DNA from: Phyllobates terribilis
Taxonomy: Eukaryota
Length of the DNA stretch: 64,000 nucleotides
Direction of reading: 5' to 3'
NCBI RefSeq assembly: GCF_046119375.1
Contig: NW_027362762.1
Span: forward strand, 380,184,001-380,248,000
The notes under the pieces were generated by a model. The model ran no database searches. It was not told where the DNA came from and saw only the letters and a list, made by a program, of their open reading frames with translations. Shown in pieces: positions 36,333 to 49,651 of this stretch. Position 1 is the stretch's first letter, and the number at the start of each line of letters is the position of its first letter. A program made the position numbers and the translations under genes.

Positions 36333-39300
36333 GGGTGCCACATTCCCCCCTAGTTAAATTCAGTACTGAGGGCTGAGGACACCTTTTAGAGTTAAACAAT
36401 TAACAGCAATAACAATTCACATTATCAAAAATCAAGAATTTACAAAGTCTCAAACAGGCAAAAATCACAAAAACCCAACAAAAATTAGTAGCAGTCATTG
36501 CGACGCTTAGTCTTTATGCTGCTATCCGGGAATTGTCTTTTTCCGGGCACTTGAAGGTTGGTTGGTGGGAACCAACTCAACCCACTTCGTGTATCGTCCC
36601 TGGGCGTGGCTTCAGGGCACTCTGTCGGTGGGCCTGGTTTTCGGCCACGTCTGTGCTTTATTTTCAAGGCCAACAATTAACTTTATTCAACATTGTCCAG
36701 ACCACATCTAGTCATGTGGTCCATTTGTCCATAAATATAGTAACTATATACACTCACGATTGCTTAAAAGTTCTTACAGGAAGTCTCTGTAGGCTCTCAT
36801 ACTTAACAGTTGCAACTATAGACTATACACTATTATCTTATTACACCTTAGTCTCTATAATTGGCAGGGAGCTGACCTCTGGTACTACGGGTCGATCTAC
36901 GCAGTACAGTTGTTGCCAATGACCTACCCGGTTCTCTAGTGTCTACCGCTGGTGTGGTGGGCTCAGTGTGGACTACACTACGGTTAGTCTGAGGTAACAC
37001 CGGTAGGCTTGGTAGTCTTCTACGACTTCTTTGACTCACCATGGGTATGACAGATTCACCCCTATCAGGGGGTAGATTCTCCTGATCCGCTGCTGATGAC
37101 GCATCTGTTTCTGGGGCCGACTGGTCTCTCTGCTGTTCTAGAGTCTCTGCGGCTTCCGGTGAGGCTACTTGGGGAAAGGTCAGGACAGATACCACGATTG
37201 CTTGGTTCACCTGCGTCCAAGACCGGGGAAATTCTCCAAGGATGGTCTGAACAGTCCCTTCCACCCTTTCTGGGGGCTGTTTTGGTCTTCCTCTTTGTGT
37301 CTCAATTGATCAGGGCATATCTTCAGGTGGTCTCTTGAGACTGCCGCTGAAGTCTCTCCTCCATCTTTACTGATGAGGAATACCTTGGTGTTGTCGAAAT
37401 TTGAAGGTTAGACGGTGTATGGCTCAACCTCCCACTGATCATCTAATTTGTGAACTCGTCTCTTCCTTTTGAGTACCTGTTCTCCAGGTGATAAGGGAAC
37501 TGCAGGTGCGTGCTGATTATAAGTTCTCTCCTGCCTCTGTCTCGCCTGGGACAAACTTCTCTCTACACATTCTTGCACCTTGCAGCTCCGTATCCCAATC
37601 TGCACCTGGTGATGTCATCTCAGGTGTTAAAACTCCCATGTCTAAGTCAATGGGTAACTTGCCAGGTCTTGCCCTCATCAGGTAGGCAGGTGTACAGTTG
37701 GTGGAGTTCACCGGGATGTGGTTATATAGGTCCACCAAATACAGTAATTTCTCTGGACACAGGCTACGTTCTTCAAGGGGCAACGTCTTCAACAGGTCTA
37801 TTACCACCAGGTTCATTTATTCGCACAACCCGTTGGTCTGGGGATGATACGACGTCGTTCTTATTTTCTTGCAGCTGTACAAGTTACAGAATTCTTGAAA
37901 CACTTCTGCTTCAAAGGCTGGGCCTTGGTCGGTAAGCACTCATTCAGGGTGACCGTGCGGGCGACAAAAGTGTTGCTGAAACGCTTTGGCTGCCGTCTTA
38001 GCCGTCTGATCCTTCACTGGCACTACTACCAGGAATCGGGAGTAGTGGTCTACTATGGTGAGAGCGTAGACATTGCCTGACCGTCTTGGGGCTAGCTTCA
38101 CATGGTCCAAGGCTACCAGTTCAAGTGGTTGTTTGGTGATTATGGGCTGCAGGGGAGCCCTCTGGCTATCACGGTCTTTCCGTCTCAGGTCGCATGGACC
38201 ATATTCTCGACACCATCTCTCGATAGCTTTCCTCATGCCAACCCAGTAGAATCGCTCACGTAGCATGACTTCCAACTTCTTCCACCCAAAGTGTCATGCT
38301 CCATCGTGGTACGCCTCTAAGACTATTGGCGCATCCCGCTTCAGGACTATCACCTGCCAGACCAGTTCGTGTGTCCGGGAGTTGATGCTTCTCCGACACA
38401 GCTTTCCCTCATAGATGAACAGCTTGCCCTTCTCCTTCCACAACTGTTGGGTCTCCTGTGGAGCATCTGGACCAGGGTGCGAGTCAGCTTATGTCAGCAA
38501 CTCCTTTACTAGGTGGACAGCCGGGTCGCTATTCCGCGTTTCTGCCCATCCATGGTGGGGCAATGGGTTAAACGTGGCCTCTCTGTTGGCAGAGCGCTTG
38601 TCCCTCATACAGTGGGAGCACTGGGTCACCCCGTGATGATGGAAAGCCGGTAGCTCTATCTCCTCCAGCTCTTCCGGGTCTTCTCCCCCATCTGGCAAGT
38701 TGGGCATCCTGGACAGCGCATCAGCATTAGTGTTTCTATGCCCCGCCTGATACTTGATGGTAAACTCGTAGCTGGACAGCTGGGTCATTCATCGCTGCTC
38801 CAGCGCACCTAGCTTCGCCGTTTCAAGGTGGGTCAGCGGATTATTGTCTGCGAAAATTGTAAATTTCGCTGAAGCCAGGTAGTGTTTGAAGCGCTCTGTT
38901 ACAGCCCAGACTATGGCTAAAAACTCCAACTTAAAGGAACTATAGTTGTCGGGGTTCCTTTCCGTGGGATGGAGCTTCCAGCTGGCATAGGCAATTACTC
39001 TCTCTCTGCCCTGCTGTACCTGGGACAGCACCGCTCCCAATCCCACGTTGCTGGCATCCATATAGAGTATAAAGGGTTGGCCATAGTCGGGGTAGGCCAG
39101 GACTTCGTCTCCCATAAGAGCCACTTTCAGTCAAGTGAAGGATTCTTCTTCTTTTTTACCCCACTCGAACTGAGGATTCGGGTTCTTGGCCTTCTTGGAC
39201 TGGCCCACTAAGAGGTCCTGCATGGGTGCCGCTATCTTTGTGAAACCCTTGATGAATCTCCTGTAGTAGCCTACCAGCCCAAGGAACTGCTGCACTTCCT

Positions 39301-42300
39301 TGAGAGTGGAGGGTCTTGGCCAAACCTTGATCACGGTGACTTTTTCAGGGACTGGTGCTACACCTTAGGCGCTTACCACATGACCTGGGTACTGCACCTT
39401 GGGCTTCAACAGGTGGCACTTGAACGGCTTTACTTTCAGGCCAAAACCAGATAGGGCTTCGAACACCTCGGCCAGGTGCTCCAGGTGGTCTTCGCATGTC
39501 TTTGAGTAGATGATTACGTTGTCTAGGTACAGCAAAACGGTTTCGAAGTTTTTGTGTCCTAGGCAACACTCCATTAACCCCTGGAATGTTCCCAGGGCGT
39601 TGCAGAGCCCGAATGGCATGCAGTTGAACTCACAGAGGCCCATTGGTGTCGTAAACGCGGTCTTCTCTCTGTCCGACTCTGCCACGGGAGCCTGCCAATA
39701 CCCAATGGTGAGATCCAAAGTGGAGAAATAGCGGATCTTAGTGCAGCTAATGATTCCTCAATTCTGGGTAATGGGTAGGCGTCCTTATGTGTAATGCGGT
39801 TAATCTGCCTATAATCAACACACATCCTCATTGTACCGTCTTTCTTTCTAACAAGCTGGGGGTACGGGCCGGTACTGCTCTTTAATGGGTGGATGATCTC
39901 TTGTGGGGATATGATGTTGGACCCCTTTTACCTGCCTAAAGTCTAGTGGGTGTTTGCTAAAGACTCGCTCATATTCTTGGACCACCCGGTACACCCTATG
40001 CTTTTGGTGCAAAGGGGTGGAGTCGGTGCCTACTTGTAGCTTCTGACACCAATCCTCCACCTGCCCCTTGGGGCCATTGTCTTCCGCCTGTTCGGACGGA
40101 GGCAAGAGTTCCACTGCCTTTATTGCGTTGTTACTGACAGTGAACAGCTTAGCAAGGGTGGCATACCGGGGTAAATGGACCTCTTTCTCCCCACAATTCA
40201 GGATGCGTATCGGTACTCTCCCCTTGAGGACATCGACCACCCCACTGGCCGTCAATATGGTGGGCCTACAATCAAAGTACACGGGTTCTACCAGGGCCTG
40301 ATAATATTGACCCCTGAGACCTATTGCTGCTCGACACCATATTAAAATTTCACTCCTAGGGGGCACTGCAATGGGGAATGGATCACTCACTCTGACACTG
40401 CCAACTTCTCCACCAGACAGCTCTACCTGTTGTCTCTGCATCAGGGCTTTGATCTCCTTCTGCAGAACGCGCTGCTGACTAGAACTGGCAGTCTCTGCGA
40501 CCTTTTGCAACAAAACAATAATTTCCCAAAGACAATCCTCTATCACATTGGTGCCTAAGGTTATCATAGGATGACTTTCTCGGAGATCAATATCTACAAT
40601 AATCAACCCTTGTGATAGCAATTCTACTCGGCCAACCTTTATGGTCACCTCTTTATACCCCACCTGAGGCAAGGGCTGACCATTGCTGGCAAAGATGTTA
40701 ATATGTTCATCTGGACTGCGGGTAATGTCTGAATCAGTCCAGTATTGTTTAAAAAGGATACATGGCATCTTTGTCACCTGGGAACCAGTGTCCAGTAATG
40801 CGTTCATCAGGATGCCATCATGCACGACAGGTAGAACCGGTCGTCCTCCCACGTACTTGTCTCGTCAGCTTTGTGGGCCTGGTCGTCTTACTTCTGGGGG
40901 TTGGCCCTCTGCCCCAGGGGTTGCTTGTTAAAATCGCAGAATCTTGCGAGGTGCCCTGCCTTTTGACAGCGGCGGCAGATGGGTTGTCCATTCTGGTCGT
41001 AGCGATCGCTGTTTCTCCCTCTGGTCGGTGGAATTCTTCTCTGCCGTCGCCACGGGACGTCATCTGGACTGGAAGCCACTGAATTCTTTCCTTTGGAGAC
41101 ATTTGCATGGCCTGCACGGTTTTGGCTAGTGTAGCCACACTTTTGGTCAAATCCTGGACCTGAAGGTGTAGGTCTGCAGAGGGGTCATTATCTAGGGCCT
41201 GCGGGTCAGCCTCCACAAGTGCCAGGGAAAAGGACGCCGCCTCCTGATGGTATGTGATAGCTGGGCGCCGGAGGGGTGCAGTGCCACTTGGGGTTGATTC
41301 TCGCAGCACCCGGATGGCCCGGTCTTTAAATTGCGCAAAGTCTAGATCAGGGTTTTGCAGAGCCATAATGTGTAGCTGTGTCCGGTGAGCGTTAGACAGG
41401 AGCCCCTCGATAAACTGTTCGGTTAGCAATCTGTCCTCGTCTCGCACACTGTCGGGGTCTACCTGTTTAATGGCCCGCAGCGCCTCCTGCAGGTTTAGAG
41501 CATAGTCCCTTACACTGTCCTGCACCCTTTGTTTGCTCCCGTAGAACTTCATTTTAATCTCTGCTGCTGTGCAAGTGTCAAAGGTATCTTTCAACCTGGC
41601 CAGAATTTGCTTAACAGTGCTTTTGTTCCTGCCCGGCCAGGACTTCCCTCTGGGCTTCACCGATTAGCTGGCCTATGAGGATGCTGACTTTTTGCTCCTC
41701 AGACAGGGGGTACACTTGGAACAAACTGCGCAGTCTCTCCTCAAATTCGCTCAGGGTGTGCGACTCCCCTGAGTACTGGGGCAACCATGCCGTCCCTGGA
41801 ATATACGACATGGATAAAGGCATTACAGTGGCGGCGGCCGCGCCGCAGCTGGATGCTCTTTCAGGTTGGGCATCTTCCTCCCCCCCAGTGAACCTCAGCC
41901 AGGTCCTGGGTTTCTGCTGGCGTACCAGTATGCTGTTCTGCAGGCGAGAGGGATCGCTTACCCGGTGGTTCCGGATCGGGGCCTCCTGCTTCCCCTACGC
42001 TAATGTCAAATCACAAGATTATACAGCTCAGTAAAGTCTATGGCACACAGTACCCAGTTATACCGGGCTTCGAATCCTGTTCGTGATGCCAAGTTGACGC
42101 GCCTCCTGGCGCCGTGGGGTACTCGGTAGCCCGGCCGGTTCTTTTCTGGGGTAGTCACGGTGGCAGTGACCCGGTCCGTGGCCCTGTGCGGTCAAATGAA
42201 GAAAAAGTAAAAGTGAATTTTGGGGAATGTATTCGTGACGCCACCCGTGGAATGCGGCTATATGGGGCCGCCGCTGCGGTGCAGATCCACTGGAGCTGAT

Positions 42301-42775
42301 GGTGATGCAGCAGAGTTGGTTCAGCTCTCCATAGGCAGAGCTAAGCTCCAGGGCAGTATATGATGACTTGTGGAGGTAGATGTTGTTGGTGGGGTGTAGA
42401 CGTTGATAATGACCAGACAACAAATTAATGGCTGTTTCCTCTATCTTTACTTGAGGTTTGTCAGAGCAGACCAGGGCACTGGTACTACCTGGTGGTGGAG
42501 GTCCGGGCAGCCTAGAAGCAATTTGGGAATCCACCTCACCAGGTGGAGTTCTAGGCCTTCCCTCTGCGCTATTCTCTTTGGCCCTGATGCTTAAAGCTAT
42601 GCCCGCCTCCAGATTCCAGTTTGAAGGGGAGGAGCTCCCCTTTCTGGTCTGGAGCCAGGAAAGTGTTGGATGCTGGTATACCTGATTAGGGGACCCCTCC
42701 TTGCTTCTAGGTATGGCATCACCCCCTGTGAGGGAGGCAATGCCACTGTGGTAACCAGACCCCTGGGGTGCCACA
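36331..42775 (-). mobile_element. Decayed Gypsy element 2, related to element 1; 681-bp 5' LTR (42095-42775), 3' LTR reduced to ~12 bp
   Basis: Frameshifted gag/PR/RT/RH/IN fragments homologous to 2274-7366; PPT at 36343-36353; the same LTR termini. Confidence 0.93.
42069..42091 (-). other. PBS complementary to a tRNA-Ser(CGA)-type 3' end
   Basis: Plus strand TTCGAATCCTGTTCGTGATGCCA versus recalled tRNA 3' end TTCGAATCCTGTTCGTGACG+CCA (one C>T at a CpG). Confidence 0.8.
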
Positions 42776-45658
42776 TTATGATATTCCTTAATTACTTTGC
42801 AGCGCTGATTAGATGGTACAAATAACCTTTATGAAGGGCAGGAGGCAGGGGCGTCACCCTGAGCCTCGAACACCTAACCCTCCAGTTCAGGATAAAGTGC
42901 CAAAATGACTACCCCTTTCTGTAATATCGGGGTAGGGTTCTCATGATCACCACCACCAGGGAAGCTCTGGGACAAAGTATCAGCCTTGACATTTTTGACC
43001 CCTGGACGAAAAGCGACAACAAAATTGAACCTAGTAAAAAACAGGGATCATCTGGCTTGCCTACGGTTGAGACGTTTAACTGACTGGAGATATGACAGGT
43101 TCTTATGGTCAGTAATAACAGTAATAGGATGAACAGCCCCCTCCAACCAATGTCGCTATTCTTCGAACGCTAATTTGATCCCCAAAAGTTTCCTATTAAC
43201 CACGTCATAATTTCTCTCAGCCAAAGACAATTTTTTAGAAAAGAAGGCGCGTGGACGCCATTTACCAGGGGACGAACCGAGACAACACAGCCCCAACCGC
43301 GACATCCGATGCATCAACCTCCACAATAAAGGGTTGGGAAACATCGGGTTGACTGAGTATAGGTGCAGTGGCAAAATGATTCTATAAGGAAGAAAAAGCC
43401 TGGAGGGAGGCATCCGACCATTTGGAAAAATCAGACTGTTCTTAGTCATGTCAGTAAGGGGTTTCAAAATTACAGAGTAATTTTGGATGAATATGCGGTA
43501 AAAATTAGTAAAGCCCAGAAAACATTGTAGAGCCTTCAGGTTCTCGGGACAGTCCCAATCAAGGACTGCACGGATCTTCTCCAGATCCATCTGAAAACCT
43601 GAAGATGACAAGTACCCTAAAAACTGTACCTCCTGAACAGCGAAAACACATTTTCCAGTTTGGCATAAAGTTTGTTATCCCATAATATCTAGAGCACCGA
43701 CTTAACGTGCTTCTGATGAGTCTCAAAATCAGGTGAGTAAACCAAAATATCGTTCAGACAGACCACCACAAACCTCCCCACCAAATGATGGAAAATATAA
43801 TTTATGAAATGCTGGAATACCGCAGGTGCATTGGTCAAACCGAAAGGCATAACTAGACTCTCGAAATGCCCTTCAGGGGTATTGAACGCTGTTTTCCATT
43901 CGTCCCCTTCTCTGATTCTAAGCAGATTGTAGGCTCCTCTTAAATCCAACTTGGAGAATACCTTAGCTCCTATAACCTGGCTGAACCAATCAGGAATCAG
44001 AGGAAGAGGGTATGGATCACGGATGGTTATTTGATTTAATTCCTGGAAATCTAAACAGGGACGTAGACCGCCATCTTTTTTCTTCACAAAAAAGAACCCT
44101 GCAATCTCCCCCTGTACTGATTCACCCCCAGACCGCTCCCCTGGCAGAGGTACACATCCCCGACAAGAAGGCCCTGGAGAAGGTGGTCTCACCCGTCTAT
44201 CCCAAAGGTGTCTATCAAGACGTATGGCCATTGACATGGCAGCCTCCAAGGACTGAGGGGTTTCATATACTGCCAAGGCATCTTTCAACTTTCAGAAAGA
44301 CCCTCACAAAATTGGCTTCTAAGGGCTGTGTCATTCCATTTAGAATCCATTGCCCATCTACGGAATTCAGAACTGTACGTCTCCACTGATCGATTCCCCT
44401 GCTGAAGGCGACATAGCCTAGACTTAGCTAAGGCAACTCAGTCAGGGTCATCATAGATGAGGGCCAGAACCCAAAAAAACCCTTCACAGACTGGAGACAA
44501 ACCGAATTCTGCGGTAAAGAAAATGCCCACGATTGAGGATCTCCCTGCAGTAGGGAGATCACAATTCCAACCCGTTGCTCCTCATTTCCAGAGGAGTAAG
44601 GACGAAGTTTAAAATACAGTTTGCAGGACTCCTTGAATACAAAAAACTTGTCCCTACCTCCTGAAAACCAGTCCAGGAGGGCAACCTTGGGTTCAAGCTG
44701 GGCAGGCCTTCCTGCAGAGACCCAACATTAGTGATCTGTAGCCGCTGATGCTGTTGCTGAACCTCACAGCGAAGGTCATTCACCTCCAGAGACAGACTGC
44801 GCAGCCACTCTGCGAGCTCTGTAACTGAGCTCATACCAAGGGAGAAAAGAAAAAAAAAGTCCACACCCAAAAACACACACACAAAAAAAAAACCAAAGTG
44901 TCAGGTTTTTTTTCTTTTCAAAATGTGCACGGCCGGCGATAATGTCAATTAAGGTGTGAGAAAGACTTAGTGCAACACAAAGGAAGAAGGAAAGGGAGCA
45001 CAGACTCTAGGAAAAGGGGGGGTGGAGACCTCCTAGGCTGATCTAATATCACCCTTTCTCCACTAACATCCCTATATTGGTAATGTCACGCAAGGTGTGG
45101 GAAAGACTTAGTGCAACACAAAGGGAAGAGGGAAAGGAAGCCCAGACTCTAGGGAAAGGGGGGAGTGGAGACCTCCTAGGCTGATCTAATATAACCCTGT
45201 CTCCACTAACGTCCTGAAATTGGTTCTTCACCAATCGCTGCATGCGAACCTCGCCCTGTCTTTCCCTGGCGCTTGGCCCTGGCTAGGGAAGGGAGGGGAA
45301 TGAGTGCTAGTCAATCCCCACTGACAACTAAAGACAACAAGAGGGAACAAACAAGGGAAGATAGCTTAGCTTTAGTTGACTTCAGAGAGATGAACACCAA
45401 ACCTCATAACTCCAGAGAGGAAGAAGTAATGCACTTGCTCCGAGCCTTCACAAGGGGTAATGTGAGTATCGCCGCCACCCCCCTCTAGCAGACAGCAAGT
45501 ATTTATACACCCAGGCAAGGGTGTTAATTAGCAAGAGGAAGGTAACCGCTGGGTCCTAGAGAGACAGCCTCTAAGAAGGTGTCTGTAATGCCAAACGAAG
45601 AGATCTCCTGCAGCCAAGTGCAGGGCAACTGTCTGTCACTTCTGACACACACTTGACA
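42776..45658 (-). mobile_element. Tf1/sushi-type copy A: LTR (44943-45658, with ~140-bp U5 duplication), deleted gag, RT, RNase H
   Basis: [47 protein letters not shown]; LTR homologous to 34107-34639. Confidence 0.88.
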
Positions 45659-46619
45659 CAAACATACAAAAAGAATAAGATATCAAGAAGGGGCAAACAC
45701 TTTTTCACACCACTGTATGTATCGAAGTAGGGAGTAGTGGGCATGGAGGCACATAATAAGAACAGGGTCTGTCAAACCTGCTGCATGAGATTGATCTGAT
45801 TAGCAGAATGCTCAGGTGCTGGCCCTTTCACACTGCCAACATCAGTATTCCAAATAAGTAGGTATATTCTGATATCAGTCCAACTGAAGGAAGGTAAATA
45901 GATTAGGGGAAAGCAGAGGTTAGAAAGCCATATAAAAATGTTCTTAATGGATTGAAGACAAATCCCCTAATAATGCAATTTGCAAAGTTTTATAACTTTG
46001 CATGATGGACAAATATATTAAAAACATGAAAGTTTAGTTACTCTTTAAGTGACAACTCATATTTAAAAAAATGGGGCTGGATCAAAAAGGCAAATACTGG
46101 CTGTGATGGGAATGGGATAATAACTTTGCTTGTTTAATTGAAATATTAATTGAAATCACAGTAAATATAACTATAAATGATGCTGACTGCTGAGTACTGC
46201 ACATTGCATAACTAGCCAGAAGTAAAGGGGAAAAGGAAATTAAATTTTCAAGTTTGACAAACCTAATTGATAGTGCTGTTTTTGTTAGGGCTTATTCTAG
46301 TGAACTTTATCAAAAAATAAAGCTAAGCAAAGCAGTTGTAAAACCACAAGAGAAAATGTGCAAAAATGTATGTCACTGTTCTTGATCAAAGTCCATATAA
46401 AGACATCCTCTGATATAATCAAACATCATACTATATTTGTCATATGATTAAACGAAAAACAAACCAGACAGAAAAGCAAAAAACAAGTACATATTAGGTG
46501 AATACAAAGAAATGTAAGACTAAGTGGTTTTAAAAGAGACTAAAGATCTGTATTAAATTATTTATCGTATGAGTTACTTCAGTATTTCTTGTAGGTATAA
46601 GTGAGAAGGACAATCTTGG

Positions 46620-48290
46620 CTAGTAATGTGTTTCTTTAAAGATGCAGACTTTTTCCTGTGCCACTGCTTGAAGAAAGTGTCTAAAAACTGTCAGTAGGTT
46701 TGGGAGCTTACACTTAGTCCATTTTCAACATGAAAATCCAGTCCAACTAGCTCATTATTATTATTATTATTTATTATTATAGTGCCATTTATTCCATCGC
46801 GCTTTACATGTGAAAAGGGGCATACATAATAAAAACAAGTATAATAATCATAAACAATACAAGTCACTGGTATTTGGGAGTTCAGTGACATGAGAAAAGA
46901 TGATGAATTCTGTTTTGTTCATGTTAAGTATTAGAAATCAAGCAGAGAAGAAAGATTAAATAGTGGACAAACATTGTGGAATTCTGGTTAGTAAGAAGGC
47001 GATATCGGTTCCAGAGAGGTAGATCTGTGTGTCATCAGCATAGAGATGATACTGAAAGCAGTGGGACTTTATGAGCTGTCCCATGTCAAAGGTGTAGATG
47101 GAGAAGAGAAGGGGTCCTAGAGCTGAACCTTGGGGTCACCGACAGATAGGGGTGGTGTGTCAGTGGGAGATGCTGAATGTCCGGTCTGTAAGGTATAAAG
47201 AGATAAAAGAAAGCACCAAGACTGTGATGCTAAGAGATGAGATAATCTGTAGAAGGAGGGAATGGTCTACTGTGTTGAAGGCAGAGGACAGGTCCGAAAG
47301 GAGAAAGACAGAGTAGTGTTACTTGGCTTTGGAAGTTAGTAGATCATTGGTGACTTTAGTTAGGGCAGTTTTGGTTGAATGATGGGGTTAGAAGCCAGTT
47401 TGTAACCGGTCGAAGAGGGAGCAGGAGGAGAGGTTGATGGACAGTTCAAGATGAACAGTATGCCAGTAGTTTTGAGGCATAGGGGAGAAGTGATATGGAG
47501 CAATAGCTAGACACAAAGGATGTGTCAAAGAAGGACTTTTTGAGGATGGGTGTGATCGAGGAATGTTTAAAGCATGAGGGGAAGGCACCAGTTGTTAGTG
47601 ATAGGTTGAAGAGATGGGTTAGGGTTCTTATGAGGACTGTGGTAAGGTTTGGGATGAGGTGGGACAGGATTGGGTCAAATGCAGAGGTGGTGAGATGTGA
47701 TCTGGAGAGGTTAGAGGAAAGTTTATCTTCCGTTATGGCGGAGAAGCTGGTTTTGGAGGAAGAGGGCTGAGTAGTTATGAAGAGGGGATGTGAGGACTGT
47801 AGACCAAAGCTCATCTTTAAGACTATCAGCCCATAGCAGTATCCCACCTCCTTGATGGCATCTGAGTCGAAGTGGAGGTTTGTGCCATTACTGATCCAGC
47901 CATATGCCCATCCATCTAGTCTGTCACGAGTCACTCTCATATCATCAGTCCATAAAACCTTTGAAAAATCTGTCTTCAGATATTTCTTGGCCCAGTCTTG
48001 ACATTTCAACTTCTGTGTCTTGTTCAGTGGGGATTGGATTTCAGTCATCAATACACTGACCATGTCTCTGAGTACTAAACATCTTGAATTTCTGGGCACT
48101 ACAGGGAGGTTGCAGCTCTAGAATTTGACAGCACTAGAGGATAATGGCAGTTAATGTGTGTCTTTTTCTTATTTTCAAAATGTCTATTGTGACCCTGTTA
48201 ACTATTTGCAACAAAACTTTTGATGGTTCCGTGATCAAGCCCCAATATCTTAGCAATTTCAAGAGTGCTGCATCCTTCTGTAAGACTCTT
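46620..48290 (-). mobile_element. TRT-type Tc1 fragments interrupted by L2
   Basis: QDWAKKYLKTDFSKVLWTD matches the 27700-27800 copy. Confidence 0.7.
46960..47775 (-). mobile_element. L2-type LINE RT fragment
   Basis: HLFNLSLTTGAFPSCFKHSSITPILKK...LLPYASKLL; ETAL.KVTNDL; LDLSSAF; VPQGSAL. Confidence 0.85.
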
Positions 48291-49437
48291 AAAAAAAAAA
48301 TATTTTTCGGATAACCCTAACCCTAATGTATTCTTCATATTTGCAAAATCTCTGTTCCTCTGGACCAGAAAATAATCTAATTTTGGATTTACATCTGTAG
48401 ATTAGGCAAAAGACATGTCCTTTTCCATCATTGTTGGATTTAAGAATTGTGTCCAGCTATGATCCAAATAACCTGTCCTGTTTAATAGATACGTATTTAA
48501 ATTATTTTTTAAGTTAGGGTAGCCTTGACAAGACTTAAGACAAATTGCTCTACTAGCCAAGTTTCAAACTTCTAAATTTCTAGGTGAATTTTTTAGCACA
48601 TTCAACAAATAATCGTACTCACACGAATATTCTGCTGGCAACTTTAAAGTAGAGACATGGTCCTCTAGACATTTATTCCTTCACTCACCATCCAGAATAT
48701 GTCTCTCCAACTGATTAAGCATAGCTCTCAAGGCTTTTACACAGCAACAACAGCTGCAAAAGGTGCTTTGCAAAGAGAAGCAGAGCCAATATAGACTTTC
48801 TAAAGAAAGCAATCTTCTTTGCAAGCCATGCAATCTTTAAAGGAAATCTGTCATCATGATTCCCCTCCCAGTGCCACCTCCTCATCTTTTACCTGAAATT
48901 GCACAGCATAGAGGCTGTCAGTCAAGCAGGAGCAGGTGGCGCTAGGCAGGAAATAGAACTGGAGTGACAGAGGCTATTCAACAGCTCTTCAATCTCATTT
49001 GCATATCAATTTAAATGCAGATTTCTGTTTCAAATACTGTTTCAAGGTGTTTGCCCCTTTACAAGACAAAGCTGAAGCTCTGATTTGGCTAGGTGAAAGG
49101 GGGTCAAAAAAGGGACGTTTCTCCTTGTGGAGAGTTCCAGCATAAGTTGACTTATAGGCCATGTAATGCTACTCTGAGAATGTGGCAAGGCACAAACACA
49201 TATCTGCAAATGGAGTTTCTATTTTCGCTTCTTATCTTAAGTTATGTGTCAAGGCTCATTAAAGGGTCAAAATTGACTTTTATAATTGCTACATTCAATT
49301 AGTGGTGCTCAAGCTCAAGTCCTCTTTCCCTCTGAAGAGGCTATTTGCATATTTAGATTCCCAGAGGAGCATTGCATGGCCTTTAAGTCTCCTTATAACA
49401 GTATGGCATTCCCTACAAGGAGAAACATTCACCCTTA

Positions 49438-49651
49438 GGCCACGGCCCCACTATCAGTATTTGGTCAGTATTCGGTCAGTATTTTTTCTCAGGAGTGGGA
49501 GCTAAAACCAGGTGTGGGTGATAAATACAGAATTGGTGACTTGTTTCTATTATACCTTTGCTCTGATTGTTACTCACCTGGTTTTGGCTCCCACTCCTGC
49601 GAAAAAATACTGACCGAATACTGACCAAATACTGATAGTGGGGCAGTGGCC
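49438..49651. mobile_element. Harbinger-like MITE (214 bp)
   Basis: ~75-bp TIRs starting GGCCAC; TTA TSD on both sides. Confidence 0.85.

Noticed and set aside
42058-42774. 238-aa antisense ORF across the element 2 LTR
   Set aside because: GC-rich LTR sequence with no motif; the equivalent ORF is not kept in the related LTRs.
48305-48325. TAACCCTAACCCTAA telomere-like motif
   Set aside because: Only about two units, too short to call an interstitial telomere.
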